The position numbers were made by a program, and so were the translations under genes. DNA of 64,000 nt from Octopus sinensis (Eukaryota). The stretch spans positions 92,070,001 through 92,134,000 of the forward strand of contig NC_042999.1 in assembly GCF_006345805.1 (NCBI RefSeq), read 5' to 3'. The notes beneath the pieces were generated by a model. That model did not search any database. It had not been told where the DNA came from and saw only the letters and a program-made list of their open reading frames with translations. Of the stretch, positions 24,520 through 37,975 are shown in pieces. The first letter of the stretch is position 1, and every line of letters starts with the position of its first letter.

Positions 24520-24985
24520 TTCACCGACCTGGGCCACCGACCATCACTGTGGACGCCAGGTTCTGGCCAATTCCAAGCAGTCGATGTTTTTGCGGGGGCC
24601 TACCAGCGCGCTGTAGACCTGTTTAATTTTTCCCGGCGTCCCCGTCATCTGAACATCTTCCCAGCCGAACTCTCGGCCCTTCGATGTCTCCGACGCCGCA
24701 CTGACATTATCATAAAACCGGCGGACAATGGTGGCGCCGTGGTGGTGTGACGTGCAGACCTCTACAAGGCAGAAGCTCTCCACCAACTTCAAGACACCTC
24801 CTTCTACTGCTCTCTGCTCTCTGCCCTCTGACCCCACCGCCTCCAACCTCATTGTCCGCACCCCTCGCACCCCCACTATTTTACTTCCTCCCCAAAATCC
24901 CCAAACCTATCAACCTTGGCCGCCCCATCATCTCCGCCTGCAACTGTCCCACCGAACTCATCTCCAGATATCTTGACCGTTTTCG
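24520..24985 (+). mobile_element. Penelope-like element RT fragment
   Basis: WTPGSGQF...ELSALRCLRRRTDIIIKPADNGGAVVV*RADLYKAEALHQLQDTSFY...PRTPT.YFLPKIPKPINLGRPIISACNCPTELISRYLD. Confidence 0.88.
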
Positions 24986-25019
24986 AGATTATATGTACAT
25001 ATATATATACACATATATA

Positions 25020-25067
<48 letters not shown>

Positions 25068-28000
25068 GAGAACTATATATATATATATATATAATATATA
25101 TATATATATTCTTATTTGTTTCAGCATTTTATCTAAAATGTGCAAAAAATCTGCTGCGAGGTCATCTCTGCATGACCTAAGCTGGGTGTTTACAAAGCGA
25201 TCGCTATCAGAACCCACTTATACGGGTGTGAAGCGTTTACGTTTTATTGAAAAGAACTACAAATGTTGAAATGCTTTAATCAGCCAAAGCCGTGAGCCAT
25301 CACCCTCATGCGTTGGTATGACTGGGCTACATATGCATAGCGAAACTTTCGATCCAATCAGACTCAATAGCATTAATACTGAGTTCTATACCCTCAATTT
25401 AGGTGAGTTGAACGTATTTTAAATTGCCAGGTTTTATGTATAGAGAATTGCATGAAGCAGGGGCTGCGAGAGTACGATACTGATATCAACTAAAACGAAC
25501 ATTCAGATTCAACGGTTGCTTCACCTTACCGCTCACTGAGAAAAGAAAAATGTCCCATTTGACGTAAATTCTTTCGAAGAGGCTAAAAATAAAAACGTAT
25601 CACTGGATTGTATCAGTCCAAAGATGAGGAGTCTTTGACTCAGTTATGATACAGTTCATGGGGTATATCCCCATTGTTAGCATTCTTTTAGGTGAAAGTC
25701 AGTTTTATTTCTAATAGGCTGATTAAAGCAAACATGAACTACAATACAACATAGATTTATAATTAAGTAACGGAACTACGTCTCTTTTGAAAACGTAACT
25801 AAGAATTGTCCATTCTTAACTCTCTAAAAGTATAAAATAACTGCAGACATCTTGACCCTTTTCTTCCAACTACTTTCCTTGTTCCATGTCCTCAAACGTG
25901 GTTAAAGTAGAATATTATTCTTTTCTACTCTATGCACAAGGCCCGAAATTTTACGGGGGAGGGGCAGTTGCAACTGGTACTTAATTTATCGACCCCGAAA
26001 GGATGAAAGGTAAAGTCGACCGCGGCGGAAAGTAGAATATTCTTAATCTCACAATGATTAAGGCAGTAAACAGTAACTACACAGACGATAGTGTTGGCTG
26101 TAGCAGCAACGCATGTGTTACGTAAAAACGGCGTTATAGGTGTAAAGTGATTCGAAAATTCTTACTGCGAAGTCATTTATATCTGCATAGTATTTTTACT
26201 ATTTCTTATTTTTACAATTTCTCGCTCCTCTCCCCGACAACTAAAATGCACCAACTGTCGGCCAACACAGTAAACCAAATAACACGATGCAATTCATGCG
26301 GTTATAGTTATATTTTTGACATCGTTTTATAAGCCATATATGCAACTCAGAAAAGAACTCTGCTTATAAATAAGGACTGGTTCGCTTCCATATGTACGAA
26401 GAACCTCGACCACTTCCAAAAGGACACCATCCATTTGACTGACAGCCTCGTACCGAATTTCTGCCACAACTGATTCACAGATAGTTTCCACTCTTTGTGT
26501 TTTTATATATATATAGTAACTGTCACAGCTCCTTTGCTATTACCTCCACTTCCAGCATCACCAACAGAACCATAGCAAAATAGATGATAACCTCATCTCT
26601 CCTTTTCTCTTACTATCCACACTGTATCTTCTCGCTTAATTGGAACTCAACATTTTTGCAGCAGTCTTCTTATGCCAGAACTACAACAGTTTCTATATAA
26701 TATTTTCCCGTATCCCCTTGCTTTCCCAAGATAACTCTTTACTCTATTGCATATAACTCATTACGCAAGTGTATATAATTAATTCCTCATGACAGTATAT
26801 GTTTTTAATGAATCTCAAACATATGAAAGATTCAGTAATCTCAAGCTTTGAATTGCAAGCCACTTACACTTGAACAATGTATGTTTCAGGAAAGAGAGAC
26901 GGGAGAGAGAAGGGGAAAAGTTATGTCGTTTGTGTTGTTGTTTAGTCTCACGTCAGCCTAGACGAAGTATACTAATAATCTAAAAGTAGAATGCCCCGCA
27001 TCATGTAACATGTTTTTCTTTTTAAAGACAGCGGAACGTCATTTAATGGAGACTACGCAGTTATTCCCAATAAATTTTATGGCAACATATAGGCTCTCTC
27101 TGATATTAGAGAAATGAACTGGTTTTAAAAAGAACTTGGAATCTGTGAAATAGACCCAATACGCCGAAATCTTATTTCTTACTCTAGGAGAATTATAGAA
27201 CTAAAAGGCTATTCTGTTAACTGTTTTCATAAAAACTACAGTGTGCTATTGTTTAGCCCCAATGAATCCAAATCCCGAAGACTTTTGATCAAAGATTGTC
27301 TTTTAGGGATTTATATAGTTTTACTGGACTGTATTAAGTATTCGTTCTTTTCATTTAGAAAGAAATAACTACTATTTTTAGTAGATCAAGCGTCTAAAAA
27401 GAAGCTCCCTGGTCGGTTCGTAATATTTCATGTATCAGAATGTCTTACTTTAGCTTCTAAAACTTTGCTATTCATGGTTCGGAGGTCGACAAAAGCTGCA
27501 CCACTCACATACTGGGGTAGATCAAATAGAAATATACTGTTTGTTAACAATTGTTCTTTAGTCCTGCAGGTACGGAACCGATTAATTCGTATACTATTTA
27601 CCGGTCTTATTGAAAAGAATAATAACTACCAAATATTATATCTAAAACAAAAGTGGAATCATGAAAATGAGAATGGGGAAAAATTGTTTAAAGCGGAATT
27701 GAAAACTACCGATAAAATCCACGCTTTCATTGCTAAGAATATAGATAGGTATTTAATTGCGCAATAACTGTGGATTTCATTTAAATAATACTGAGATCTA
27801 GAGAAAATACATATTTAAAATTAAACAGTAATATATTTGCCGTTAGGCTTAGCAGAAATTTTGCGTTGAGAGAATTGCTTTTGATAGTTTTGTAAACTTA
27901 TTTTACTCGCAATATTCAGTGCAATTTCTTCAAAAAATAATTAATTCACGCACTAAAACACAAACATTGCTTTTTCACATTTTATCCTAAAGACAGATTC

Positions 28001-28181
28001 TTGACAATCAAACAACCTGTGTATCTATCCAGTTATTTATGCTGTTGGATACACACATACATACCTATATATTCATGAAATACCAGCCTATCCACCTATT
28101 GAGCTAAGAATACACGCTTAAATCACTCTCTCTTTACATAATTTGTATAAACACTTACATACATATACACACATACATACA

Positions 28182-28230
<49 letters not shown>

Positions 28231-28960
28231 TATATATTTATAATTCAGTTGCACTGTAGTTTACAGTTTATAAATAAGTTACCATAACTTTGATATCTTC
28301 TTATCCGCGTGTGTGTATGTGTGTCCGTGCATGAGTGTGCATATGTGTGAATACATATGTACGCGCATTTTCTCAGTGTATGTAGGTAGAGGGCGCACGT
28401 AACAAAATCTCCTGAAATATACAGATGTGCATTTATTTATACATTATAATGAAAAAAAAAATCAATGTACGACATATCGGGTAATTATATTATCATTTCT
28501 ACAAACAAATAAATATATTTCTCCAAGGAAAGCGTACCAATCTAATTCACATCCAATCTCCATTCAGTTAAACTCATTCAAATATCTATAAAAGTATCCT
28601 GTGAAATATACTGTGGTGTATTTATGTGAAATCATTTGTAAAAGTCATATTTGAGCGTATCAATAATGAGATATATATATATATAAAAGTTTTCAAGTAA
28701 TTTCTAATATACGATTATGTTTTTCTTTAAATTCAGGTTCGTTGTTAATCACAGTATATTTCTGCGAGCAGCATCATTCTTTCTAATTCCAGTTTGTCTT
28801 CTTTTATTCTCTTCCTTTTTTAGCCTTAGTCTCTCTGATGAGAGTGTCTATATACCAGCATATCACTCTCGCCCCATGTCTCTCCACAATCGTACACATA
28901 AATAAACGTGTATTTCTATACACTATAATCATTCATCTATCAATCTATTTTCTCCATCTC

Positions 28961-29034
<74 letters not shown>

Positions 29035-29037
<3 letters not shown>

Positions 29038-29400
29038 GGCGAAGGTATGGTTGTATAGCGCATTCATGACTAAGTGGTTAGAGGTTTGCTTACCAACCAC
29101 ATGATTCAGGTTTCAATCCCTCTGCGTAGCACCTTTAGTCTTCTACTATAGCCTCAATCGGACCAGGCCCTGTGAGTGGATTTGGTAGACGCAAACTGGA
29201 AGAAGCCCGTCATATATATATATATATCAATGTGTGTGTGCGCACCAGTATTTGTACTCCATTACTGTTTAACAACCGGTGTTTGTGTATTTACATCTCC
29301 GTCATCTAACTGTTCGGCAAAGGGATCGATAGGATATGTACAAAGCTTGAAGGGAGCAAAAAGGTACTCAGGTCAATTTGTATGACTACGTGTATGTATA
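29035..29400 (+). mobile_element. Composite tRNA/CORE-like SINE
   Basis: Head, CTTCTACTATAGCCTC block, GTGAGTGGATTTGGTAGACGCAAACTGGAAGAAGCCCGTC and middle module, as in 15041-15445. Confidence 0.85.
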
Positions 29401-30319
29401 TAGGTGTAAGCGTGTGTACGTGTGTATTTGTGTGCGTGTAGGTGTACGCATGTGACATACAGGCAACTCAACAGATAATGACAAAGGGAGAGAAAGAAAT
29501 GAACAACTAAATTTAGCTAAACTTATGCATACAGAAATGTGAGTGTGTGCACACACGTACGTTTGTGTAGTATTTATAATCAATGGCTCACAATTTTGGT
29601 TCATTCATCGCCGTAAGATCTTTGGTATTGATTAGCCAATCATCGAAGTATACCACGCCCTTTATAAATGGACAAATAAAATATCAAAACAACAAATCTG
29701 AGAACTATCTAATCATATTCCTGGAAATCAATATTTTGTGCAAAAAAAAAACAATACTTCGAAATGACATCAAAGGGACGCTACGAGACCAAATTTCACC
29801 TAGTGACTCCTACAATGATGCAGTAAAACCCGTTTAATCACGTGGTATTAGTAAACAGGAGCTCCTCCAAATATCTTCTGGAAGTTTACTCTAAATAGTT
29901 TGCACCGTTAAACATAGACAAAAATTCTGTTACAATTTTCTTAAAATTTTCTTCGCTTAAGACCAACAATTAGACGCAAAACTTTAATAAAAATACGAAA
30001 GAACATAGCTCTAGCACTAACGCTTTCCTCTTGGTTTCACTTACCAGAGTGCGACCATAGAAGCTGGTCTACCTAAAGACCATATGTATGGTACATATTT
30101 TATTAATATATATTTTCAATTGACTAAGTTACCTACTTTGATCAACTCTGTATATTGTATATTTTTGTTTTTGTACATGCTGGTGTTGTTTCACACACCT
30201 GAACATGGAGGCATAGACAAACGGACACACACAAACACACAGATACACGCGCATATATACATACAAACACGGGGGTAGATAGACAGAGAGATAGATATTG
30301 ATTGTAATATTGACAAAGA

Positions 30320-30685
30320 GTCTAAATATTCTTTTCTACTCCTAGGCACAAAAGAATGAAAGGCAAAGTCGACATCGGTGGAATTTGAACTCAGAACGTA
30401 AAGACAGACGAAATGCCGCTAAGCATTTCTCCCAGCGTGCTAACGTTTCTTATTTCTTTATTGCCCACAAGAGGCTAAACATAGAGGGAACCAGCAAGGA
30501 CAGACAAAAGGGTTCAGTCTATTACAACGACCCCACTGCGTAACTGGTACTTAATTTATCGACCTCGAAAGGATGAAAGGCAAAGTCGACCTCGGCAGAA
30601 TTTAAACCCAGAATGTAACGGCAGACGAAATACCACAAAGCATTTCGCTCGGCGTGCTAACGTTTCTGCCAGCTCGCCGCCTTCA
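30320..30685 (-). mobile_element. Dimeric tRNA-derived SINE
   Basis: Two head+body units, same order and tails as 4820-5198. Confidence 0.87.
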
Positions 30686-33034
30686 AAGTGTCTAATATTA
30701 AGAATGGGACTAGCGGTTTAAATTAAAACCACTACTTGATAGGATAATTAATTTTGCTCTCTCTGAAGAATGAATAGTAATGTCGACTTCAGAGGATAAT
30801 TAATATTAATTTAAAATTTTGGCACAAGGCCAGCAATTTCAGGAGCAGCTATTAGTCGATTATATCGGCCCCGAAAGTATTAAAAGAAAAGTCGACGTCT
30901 ATGCAATGGTAAAGACACAGACGGTAAAGATGGACGAAATACCGCTAAGCATTTTTCCTGGCGTGCTAACGATTCTGCAAGGTCGCCGTCATAAAGATAA
31001 TTACTATTCTAGGAAGTATCTAATATCTTTATAGATATTAAATGCCTCCTAGAATATTCTTTTCTACTCCAGACACAAGGCCCGAAATTTTTAGGGAGGG
31101 GGCCAGTCGATTAGATCGACTTCAGTAGGCAACTGGTACTTAATTTATCGACCCCAAAAGGATGAAAGTCAAAGTTGACCTCGGCGGAATTTGGCTTCGT
31201 AGAATATTAAATTGAATTGCATGTCTATAAGTATGGAAAGACAATAAGTATATCTAAATTAATATAAGTTTATATAATATATAAATTAGCTAAATGGAAT
31301 CTTTATGGTTTTATTAAATTGGTCTGGTCAACAACTTTGTTTGTTTGTAATTTTATTGATAAGAACAAATATGATTTCAAGTTCTTTTATGCAACACAAA
31401 TTAAAACTATTCTCACCCACCTTATACGGAAGTAATGTTAGTATAATTGACCAGAAAAATATAATCGTTATTTCTATCTTACTGTTACATCCTGAAAGCC
31501 TGAATTTCGCAGGAGTGCTGATAAAATCAAGCATCTGGATTTCACGAATGTTGCTTTACTCAGGATATAAACTGTTGAAAATATTCAGTGAATATTTGAT
31601 ACTATAACGTATATTATGCAAACAGATATATATTAGGCGTTAATATTACTAAAAAGCACATAAACAGCACGCATGAATTTGTATTCGTGATTACTTTTCT
31701 GTGACAAACACAGAATATTCTCTTCAGGAGAATGAATGGCAACTGCGACAGGAGGAATAATATTCACAGTAAATACTGACATCAAGAAATTAAATAAAGA
31801 GTTACTAGATGAGTAATATGGTTATTGTAGGAGATATAAAAGAAAAGGGTGCGAACAGAGAAAACGCGAAGCCAAGAGAAATAAGTATATTAGCTGGTAA
31901 AGAGAAATAAATCATGCGTGGAGATGGGGGAATAAGGATGAGGAAGTAAGGAAGGAAGGAAAAGAAGTGACGGGAAAAGGTATATATAAAGACAGTGTTA
32001 AGAAAGAGAAGATGAAAAGAAAAGAGGGAAAGAACAGATGAGAGGGACACTCAGTTAGTGCAAGATGTGTAACTTTCAGCTGGGAGGGTTACAAAGCTAA
32101 GAAATGACAAATGTTGTGTAGAGTGAACAAATGAAGAAAAGTCATAATACGGGAGAAAGGAATGGCCCACAAAAGAAACACCCTGCCATTCATTCTTCTC
32201 AAGAACATAATCTCTGATTGTCACATAAAAATCCATGTGTGATGTCCATACATTGCTTATACGATTTTGAGAAATATTGCCTCATAATATACACCTGATT
32301 TATAATATGCATTATAAGATCAAATATTCAGTGAATATTTGAAACAGCTGTAAAGATATATTTACATAATTTACACATCGTAGATACATGTAACACTTAA
32401 AAATGTATTCCTTTCACCTATTGATGCTTGTTTATCTTTGCACTTTATATGGGTGAGTGTGAAGATAGACAGATAAAGAGAAAAACAAGTAAACAGGTGG
32501 TGGTGGTGGTGGTAGAAATAGGGATGTGGTAGTGGTGGTGTTTGTACTTTGTAATTGTTTTTAATGATCTAGTTTTTTTTTCATTCGCAAAATATGCATT
32601 TTTTAAAAGGAAGTAAAAAAAAATTGAAAATCGGCTATAATAGTGTAGTCTTCCAGTCCCATTGCTTTGAAGGTATGATGTTGTAGAGAAAAAAAATGGA
32701 GGAAAACGTTACAGAGATTTAAAAATCGAAAAACTGTGTATTTTTAGCCAATAGCGTTGTACCATGTGAAATTAATAGTTTAGCGTCTGACCTGTTCATT
32801 GTAGGTTTCTAAATAAACAGAAATACCTAATAAAATCAACATGTATCATCTTACTGTTTCTTTTGTCTCTTCATTGATTGTATGTTTTTATTATTTTAAA
32901 ATATTTATCATATTATTTGTCTGCATGCGTTTACTTCATGTGTATTTCAGTATTATGTATACCTGTCATGTATTAGTGTACATCATTAATATACAAGTGC
33001 ATGTGTGTGTGAGAGAGAGTGTGTGTGTATGTGT

Positions 33035-33205
33035 GCGTGTGTGTAAAGGAGGCGTCTGTCTCCAAAACTCCAAAGTTGAGTAACGTTTTCATGCTTGGAT
33101 TTGCAAACTATGATAAGAATACCACTAGTCAACAAAGAAATCCAAGCATGAAAACGTTACTCAACTTTGGAGTTTTGGAGACAGACGCCTCCTTTTCACA
33201 CACGC
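33035..33205. repeat. Perfect inverted repeat, 58-bp arms (33045-33102 / 33138-33195), 35-nt spacer
   Basis: AAAGGAGGCGTCTGTCTCC...GCTTGGATTT is the exact reverse complement of AAATCCAAGC...GACGCCTCCTTT; pairing extends into the flanking GT/AC repeats with one mismatch. Confidence 0.97.
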
Positions 33206-35368
33206 AAGAAAAAGAATATCTGTATCTTATATGTTTTTGCATGCAGAATTCAAAACTAATGTCAAATTATCTGTATCACAGTTTCTCTGTTCCATGATAT
33301 TCCTCTCAATTCCAGTTACGTGGGATAAATTTCAGTTAAGATGTTGAAATGTGAAGCTAACAGTTTAAGAAATACTCCTAATTTAAATGTTTATGAATAG
33401 AATTAACCCAGTGAAATCATAAATCCAGCTATCTGAGTTGATGTGTCCTTAAAGCTTGGCAATACTGAGTCGATGAGTCACCGACGCTTTGTCAGTACTA
33501 TGCTTGAAGTGTAGGTGCGTGGTTCACATATTCCAATTCACCTTCATAATGCCAAGAAACTGTATAAACATCGCAAACAACCTTTGCTGTATATGAAAAA
33601 TATGTAAAATATTAAGACAATTCACGAAAAATATCTATAGTGAGATTCTAATTGATAAATATAATTTTTTATTAAAACAAAACACGCAGATGAAATAAAT
33701 CTCATGATGTGAAGAATCAACACAACATGCGGGTGAAGTGAAACACAACAGAAGGTGCGGTAGTCATGGTAACACGCCGTTAATGCTTCGCTGCCTGTTG
33801 ATTGGCTAAAATAACCCAAATTTCCCAACGTTAATTCCAAATAACATCACATTTTTTTTTAATTGACGAGATAAAGTAATTGGTTGATCGTAATCAAAAT
33901 TCAGAGTTGCATCAATACACCAAAAAAGTAATCTGAGCAAAATTAAAGGGGGTTCATTTTGCGAATGAAACAAACTAGATCCGGTTTTAATGAAGGTTGA
34001 ATGCATTGAACATAATAAAGAAAAAAATATATCGCAAAATATAGTTAGCAACAGTAGGTAAAATAACTACTTTGCCTTGAGAAACTGTTTTTTTATGAGT
34101 TGTACAATGGAAATGGAATGAGTTGTAGAGCAACAATGGAAGACTCTCAAAGGTATATTGCATTTGTTTTAAAACCCATATTTTCTCCACTCTCGGCAAG
34201 CAAATTAAGAAATTTCCTGATTACATGAAAATGAAAGGTAAAATAGGTGGAATCACCCAACTCTGAAGCAATTATGTTATGAAAAACAAAGAGATGACAT
34301 CTCAGACACTCTCAGCTTGGTTGAGAAGATTTATATTCAAGTAGCAAGGAATCGGTTATTAACAACAGAAGTGGAAATAGATGTTGATATTTTGTCTACT
34401 TGTTTGTTTTGTGTTTTTTTTATCTTTCTAATTCATGAAAGATATGCCTCGGGAATCAGGCAGAGCGATTCTGAAGATAGGCTGTGTTTATTGACACACT
34501 ACTTATGTGAAGGAAGCACATGCGTTTACGTACCATTTTGGATATACACTCCTACTTATGCACCATGAAATATATTCATATGTATGTGTGTGTGTGATTC
34601 GATATAAGCATATACACAAATGTAAACGCAGAAACATAAGCGTGCCAGCAAAAAATACGCAGTAATCAAAATTTTCATTAAGATATAAGTATTTCATTAA
34701 GTTCATATACGCAAATATATAAATAAATATGCCTTAACACTACACATATGTTTATATATTCAATTAAATATGCATATCTACATATAATCATATATATATA
34801 TAGAGAGAGGGGGGGGCTATATTTCTGCTTGTATCAATAAACCTTTACACATACATGTGTACGCGCACACAATGTTTATATGAGATGCTTGTATGTATAA
34901 GTTTATATGCACATGTATATTTGACACAAACAAACATACATATATACATCCATCCATACATACATACATGCATACATACATGCATACGTACATACATGCA
35001 TGCGTACATACATACATGCATACATACATACATACATACATACATACATACATACATACACAGTCAGACAGATAAGTACACAGATACCTGAATGCATATT
35101 CCATTTCAAACTTCTTTATCAATATACACAGCGCCATGTTATATATACAACAACTTCTTGAAAGGTAATTATAGGTATTGGAATACAAAATCTTGAGCTC
35201 AAGATTGATCGGGCACCAGCGGGTATATGGATGCTTGTCATCACATAAGTTCGTGTGTACACGTGCAAATATGAATAGGGATATACATATATATGTGCTT
35301 AAGTGTACAGGAATATAAATATTCTTATATGCATAAGCATGCCGCATGTACATGTATGTGTATGTATG

Positions 35369-35424
<56 letters not shown>

Positions 35425-35871
35425 GACAGAGACAGACAGAAAGAGAGAAAGTAGGAGAGAGAGAGGGAGAGAGTGAAGAGAGAGATAACAAAATAGATAG
35501 ACTGATAGATAAATCTGTGACTGATTGTTTTTATTGATAGTTTGATTATCGTTTTCATCCAGAAACAGGATGCAGGTAATAGACGACACATAGATTTTGT
35601 ATGTATATCCTTGGTTCGAAGATGACGCTTCATAAATCGTAACGGTGAAGATGGATGTTTTCATCTTCGGTAAATTGAATTTATGTGTTCCCTAGATTTC
35701 TATTCCGTGCATAGAATGGAGCATGCTGGTACCTCTGTTTATATCCAATTTGTAGGATTTTCTTCAATATATTAGTAACTATTTGCTTTTTATGTAAAAA
35801 TACTCATAAGTCATTTTACAATTTATTTACAATTTATGTAATACTCATAAGTCATTTTACAATTTATTTAA

Positions 35872-36065
35872 TGTGGCGTGTGGGCAAAATCGTTGGCACG
35901 CCGGACAAAGTAGTTAGCAGCATTTCATCTGTCTTTATGCTATGTGTTCAAAGTCCGTCTAGGTAGGCCTTGCTTTGCATCCTTTCAGGATCAATGAACT
36001 GCGGTCGATATAATCGAATTCCTCTTCCCATAAGATGTCAGACCTTGTGCCTATAGTAGGAAGAA
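35872..36065 (+). mobile_element. Degenerate tRNA-derived SINE whose tail begins the tandem duplication
   Basis: TGGGCAAAATCGTTGGCACGCCGGAC head; GCTTTGCATCCTTTCAGGATC body; AGACCTTGTGCCTATAGTAGGAAG tail. Confidence 0.75.
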
Positions 36066-37940
36066 TAACTTATTTAATAAAAAGATTATTGCGGAAAAAA
36101 GTGTATTGTGTGAGCTGTGCTCTATTATTTGAATGTACATAAAATATACTGTATTAGTTTTGTTACCTAATCTGATAGTAACTGCTTTACGTATGTACAA
36201 TGTGGCTTCTGTTATTGCATTGAGAATTAATGTTACAGTGTACTGTGTTCGTGTTAATTCAAAGTATCTTGCGTTGGTGTAATCATTGTTCGTATGGAGA
36301 TGTCTTTGAATTGAATAATGCTATAAGTTCTGGTATACTCGTTTATGTTTTCGATTACGTTCTTTTGCATCATGCATAGAGTATCCATAAGTTTTGGTAC
36401 GGGTTAACTCCCTACATCCGTCAACTTCCTTACTCATATGCCGAAAACGTGGTATTTTCATGTTTTTTTTTTACTCTTTTGTAGTTTTTGAATGACACAT
36501 TGGTCAGATATGGTCAATATGTCTACCACAGTACATATATCATCATCTTTGTCTTTCAACATAACTTGCAGGGTTCATTTGATCTCGCTCAAACTCTCTC
36601 CTCTCCATCTTTCGCTCTCTCTCTCTCTCTCTCTCTCTCTCCCTTTCTCTCTCCCTTTCAGTTTGGACAGACGTACTCCTAATTATCATAGCTAGGTTTT
36701 ATCATATTTCACGCCTGCTTAAACCACTTGTCTACACTTTTCTTATGAATAGGTTGGTATATTGTGCAATGGTATATCATCCTGTTTCGACATCTACGAG
36801 AATGTATCCTGTCTTTGCAAGAACTATGCGATCAATAATTTCTTCTGGTAATATTTTTAAGTGAGGTTGTTTAATTACTTTTGTAATGTTTTGTAGTTAG
36901 GTATTGTTTCTTTCCAAAAAAGTCGGAACAACATCTTGTTTTTAATCTACAGCATTTCAGCCTTTGCTTCCTTTCTCACTGATGTACATCTCTGTCAATT
37001 ATACGTTTTTTTTTTCTTTTATATTATTTTGGGGTTCCAATTTCACTTTTCTCTTTTGTATATTTTAACTGAAACTGTGGTTTATGATTAAGATGGCAAG
37101 CGTTTTTGTCCCTATTATCCTAGCAGCAACAAAACCTTCAACAGCAACACTGACGAAAGCAACGTTACCATTACAAAGGCAAAGAATTCATCATTGGCCC
37201 TAGTCAATAAACGTACCGTTCAATCGAGAACGATGGTCAGTGAAAATGTCCAAGTGTTGTGATATCAAATCTGAGGAGCTATTACATCTCTACTTGAGAG
37301 GATGAACACTACCCCTACTCAAACGGTCTGCGATCGATATAATCGAATTCCTCTTCACATAAAATGTCAGACCTTGTACCTATAGTAGGAAGAATTACTT
37401 ATTTAATAAAAAGATTATTGCGGAAAAAAGTGTATTGTGTGAGCTGTGCTCTATTATTTGAATGTACATAAAATATACTGTATTAGTTTTGTTACCTAAT
37501 CTGATAGTAACTGCTTTACGTATGTACAATGTGGCTTCTGTTATTGCATTGAGAATTAATGTTACAGTGTACTGTGTTCGTGTTAATTCAAAGTATCTTG
37601 CGTTGGTGTAATCATTGTTCGTATGGAGATGTCTTTGAATTGAATAATGCTATAAGTTCTGGTATACTCGTTTATGTTTTCGATTACGTTCTTTTGCATC
37701 ATGCATAGAGTATCCATAAGTTTTGGTACGGGTTAACTCCCTACATCCGTCAACTTCCTTACTCATATGCCGAAAACGTGGTATTTTCATGTTTTTTTTT
37801 TACTCTTTTGTAGTTTTTGAATGACACATTGGTCAGATATGGTCAATATGTCTACCACAGTACATATATCATCATCTTTGTCTTTCAACATAACTTGCAG
37901 GGTTCATTTGATCTCGCTCAAACTCTCTCCTTTCCATCTT

Positions 37941-37975
<35 letters not shown>

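Noticed and set aside
25530-25535. 6-nt microexon (TTTTCTCAG-TGAGCG-GTAAGG, minus) or 53-nt exon 25582-25530
   Set aside because: Signals this short arise by chance in 64 kb and there is no supporting context.
28836-28880. Hammerhead ribozyme (CTGATGA followed by a GAGTG/CACTC stem)
   Set aside because: The required GAAA after stem II is absent.
36790-36900. Minus frame KQPHLKILPEEIIDRIVLAKTGYILVDVETG within the duplicated unit
   Set aside because: Bounded by stops within ~40 codons, with no start or splice signals.
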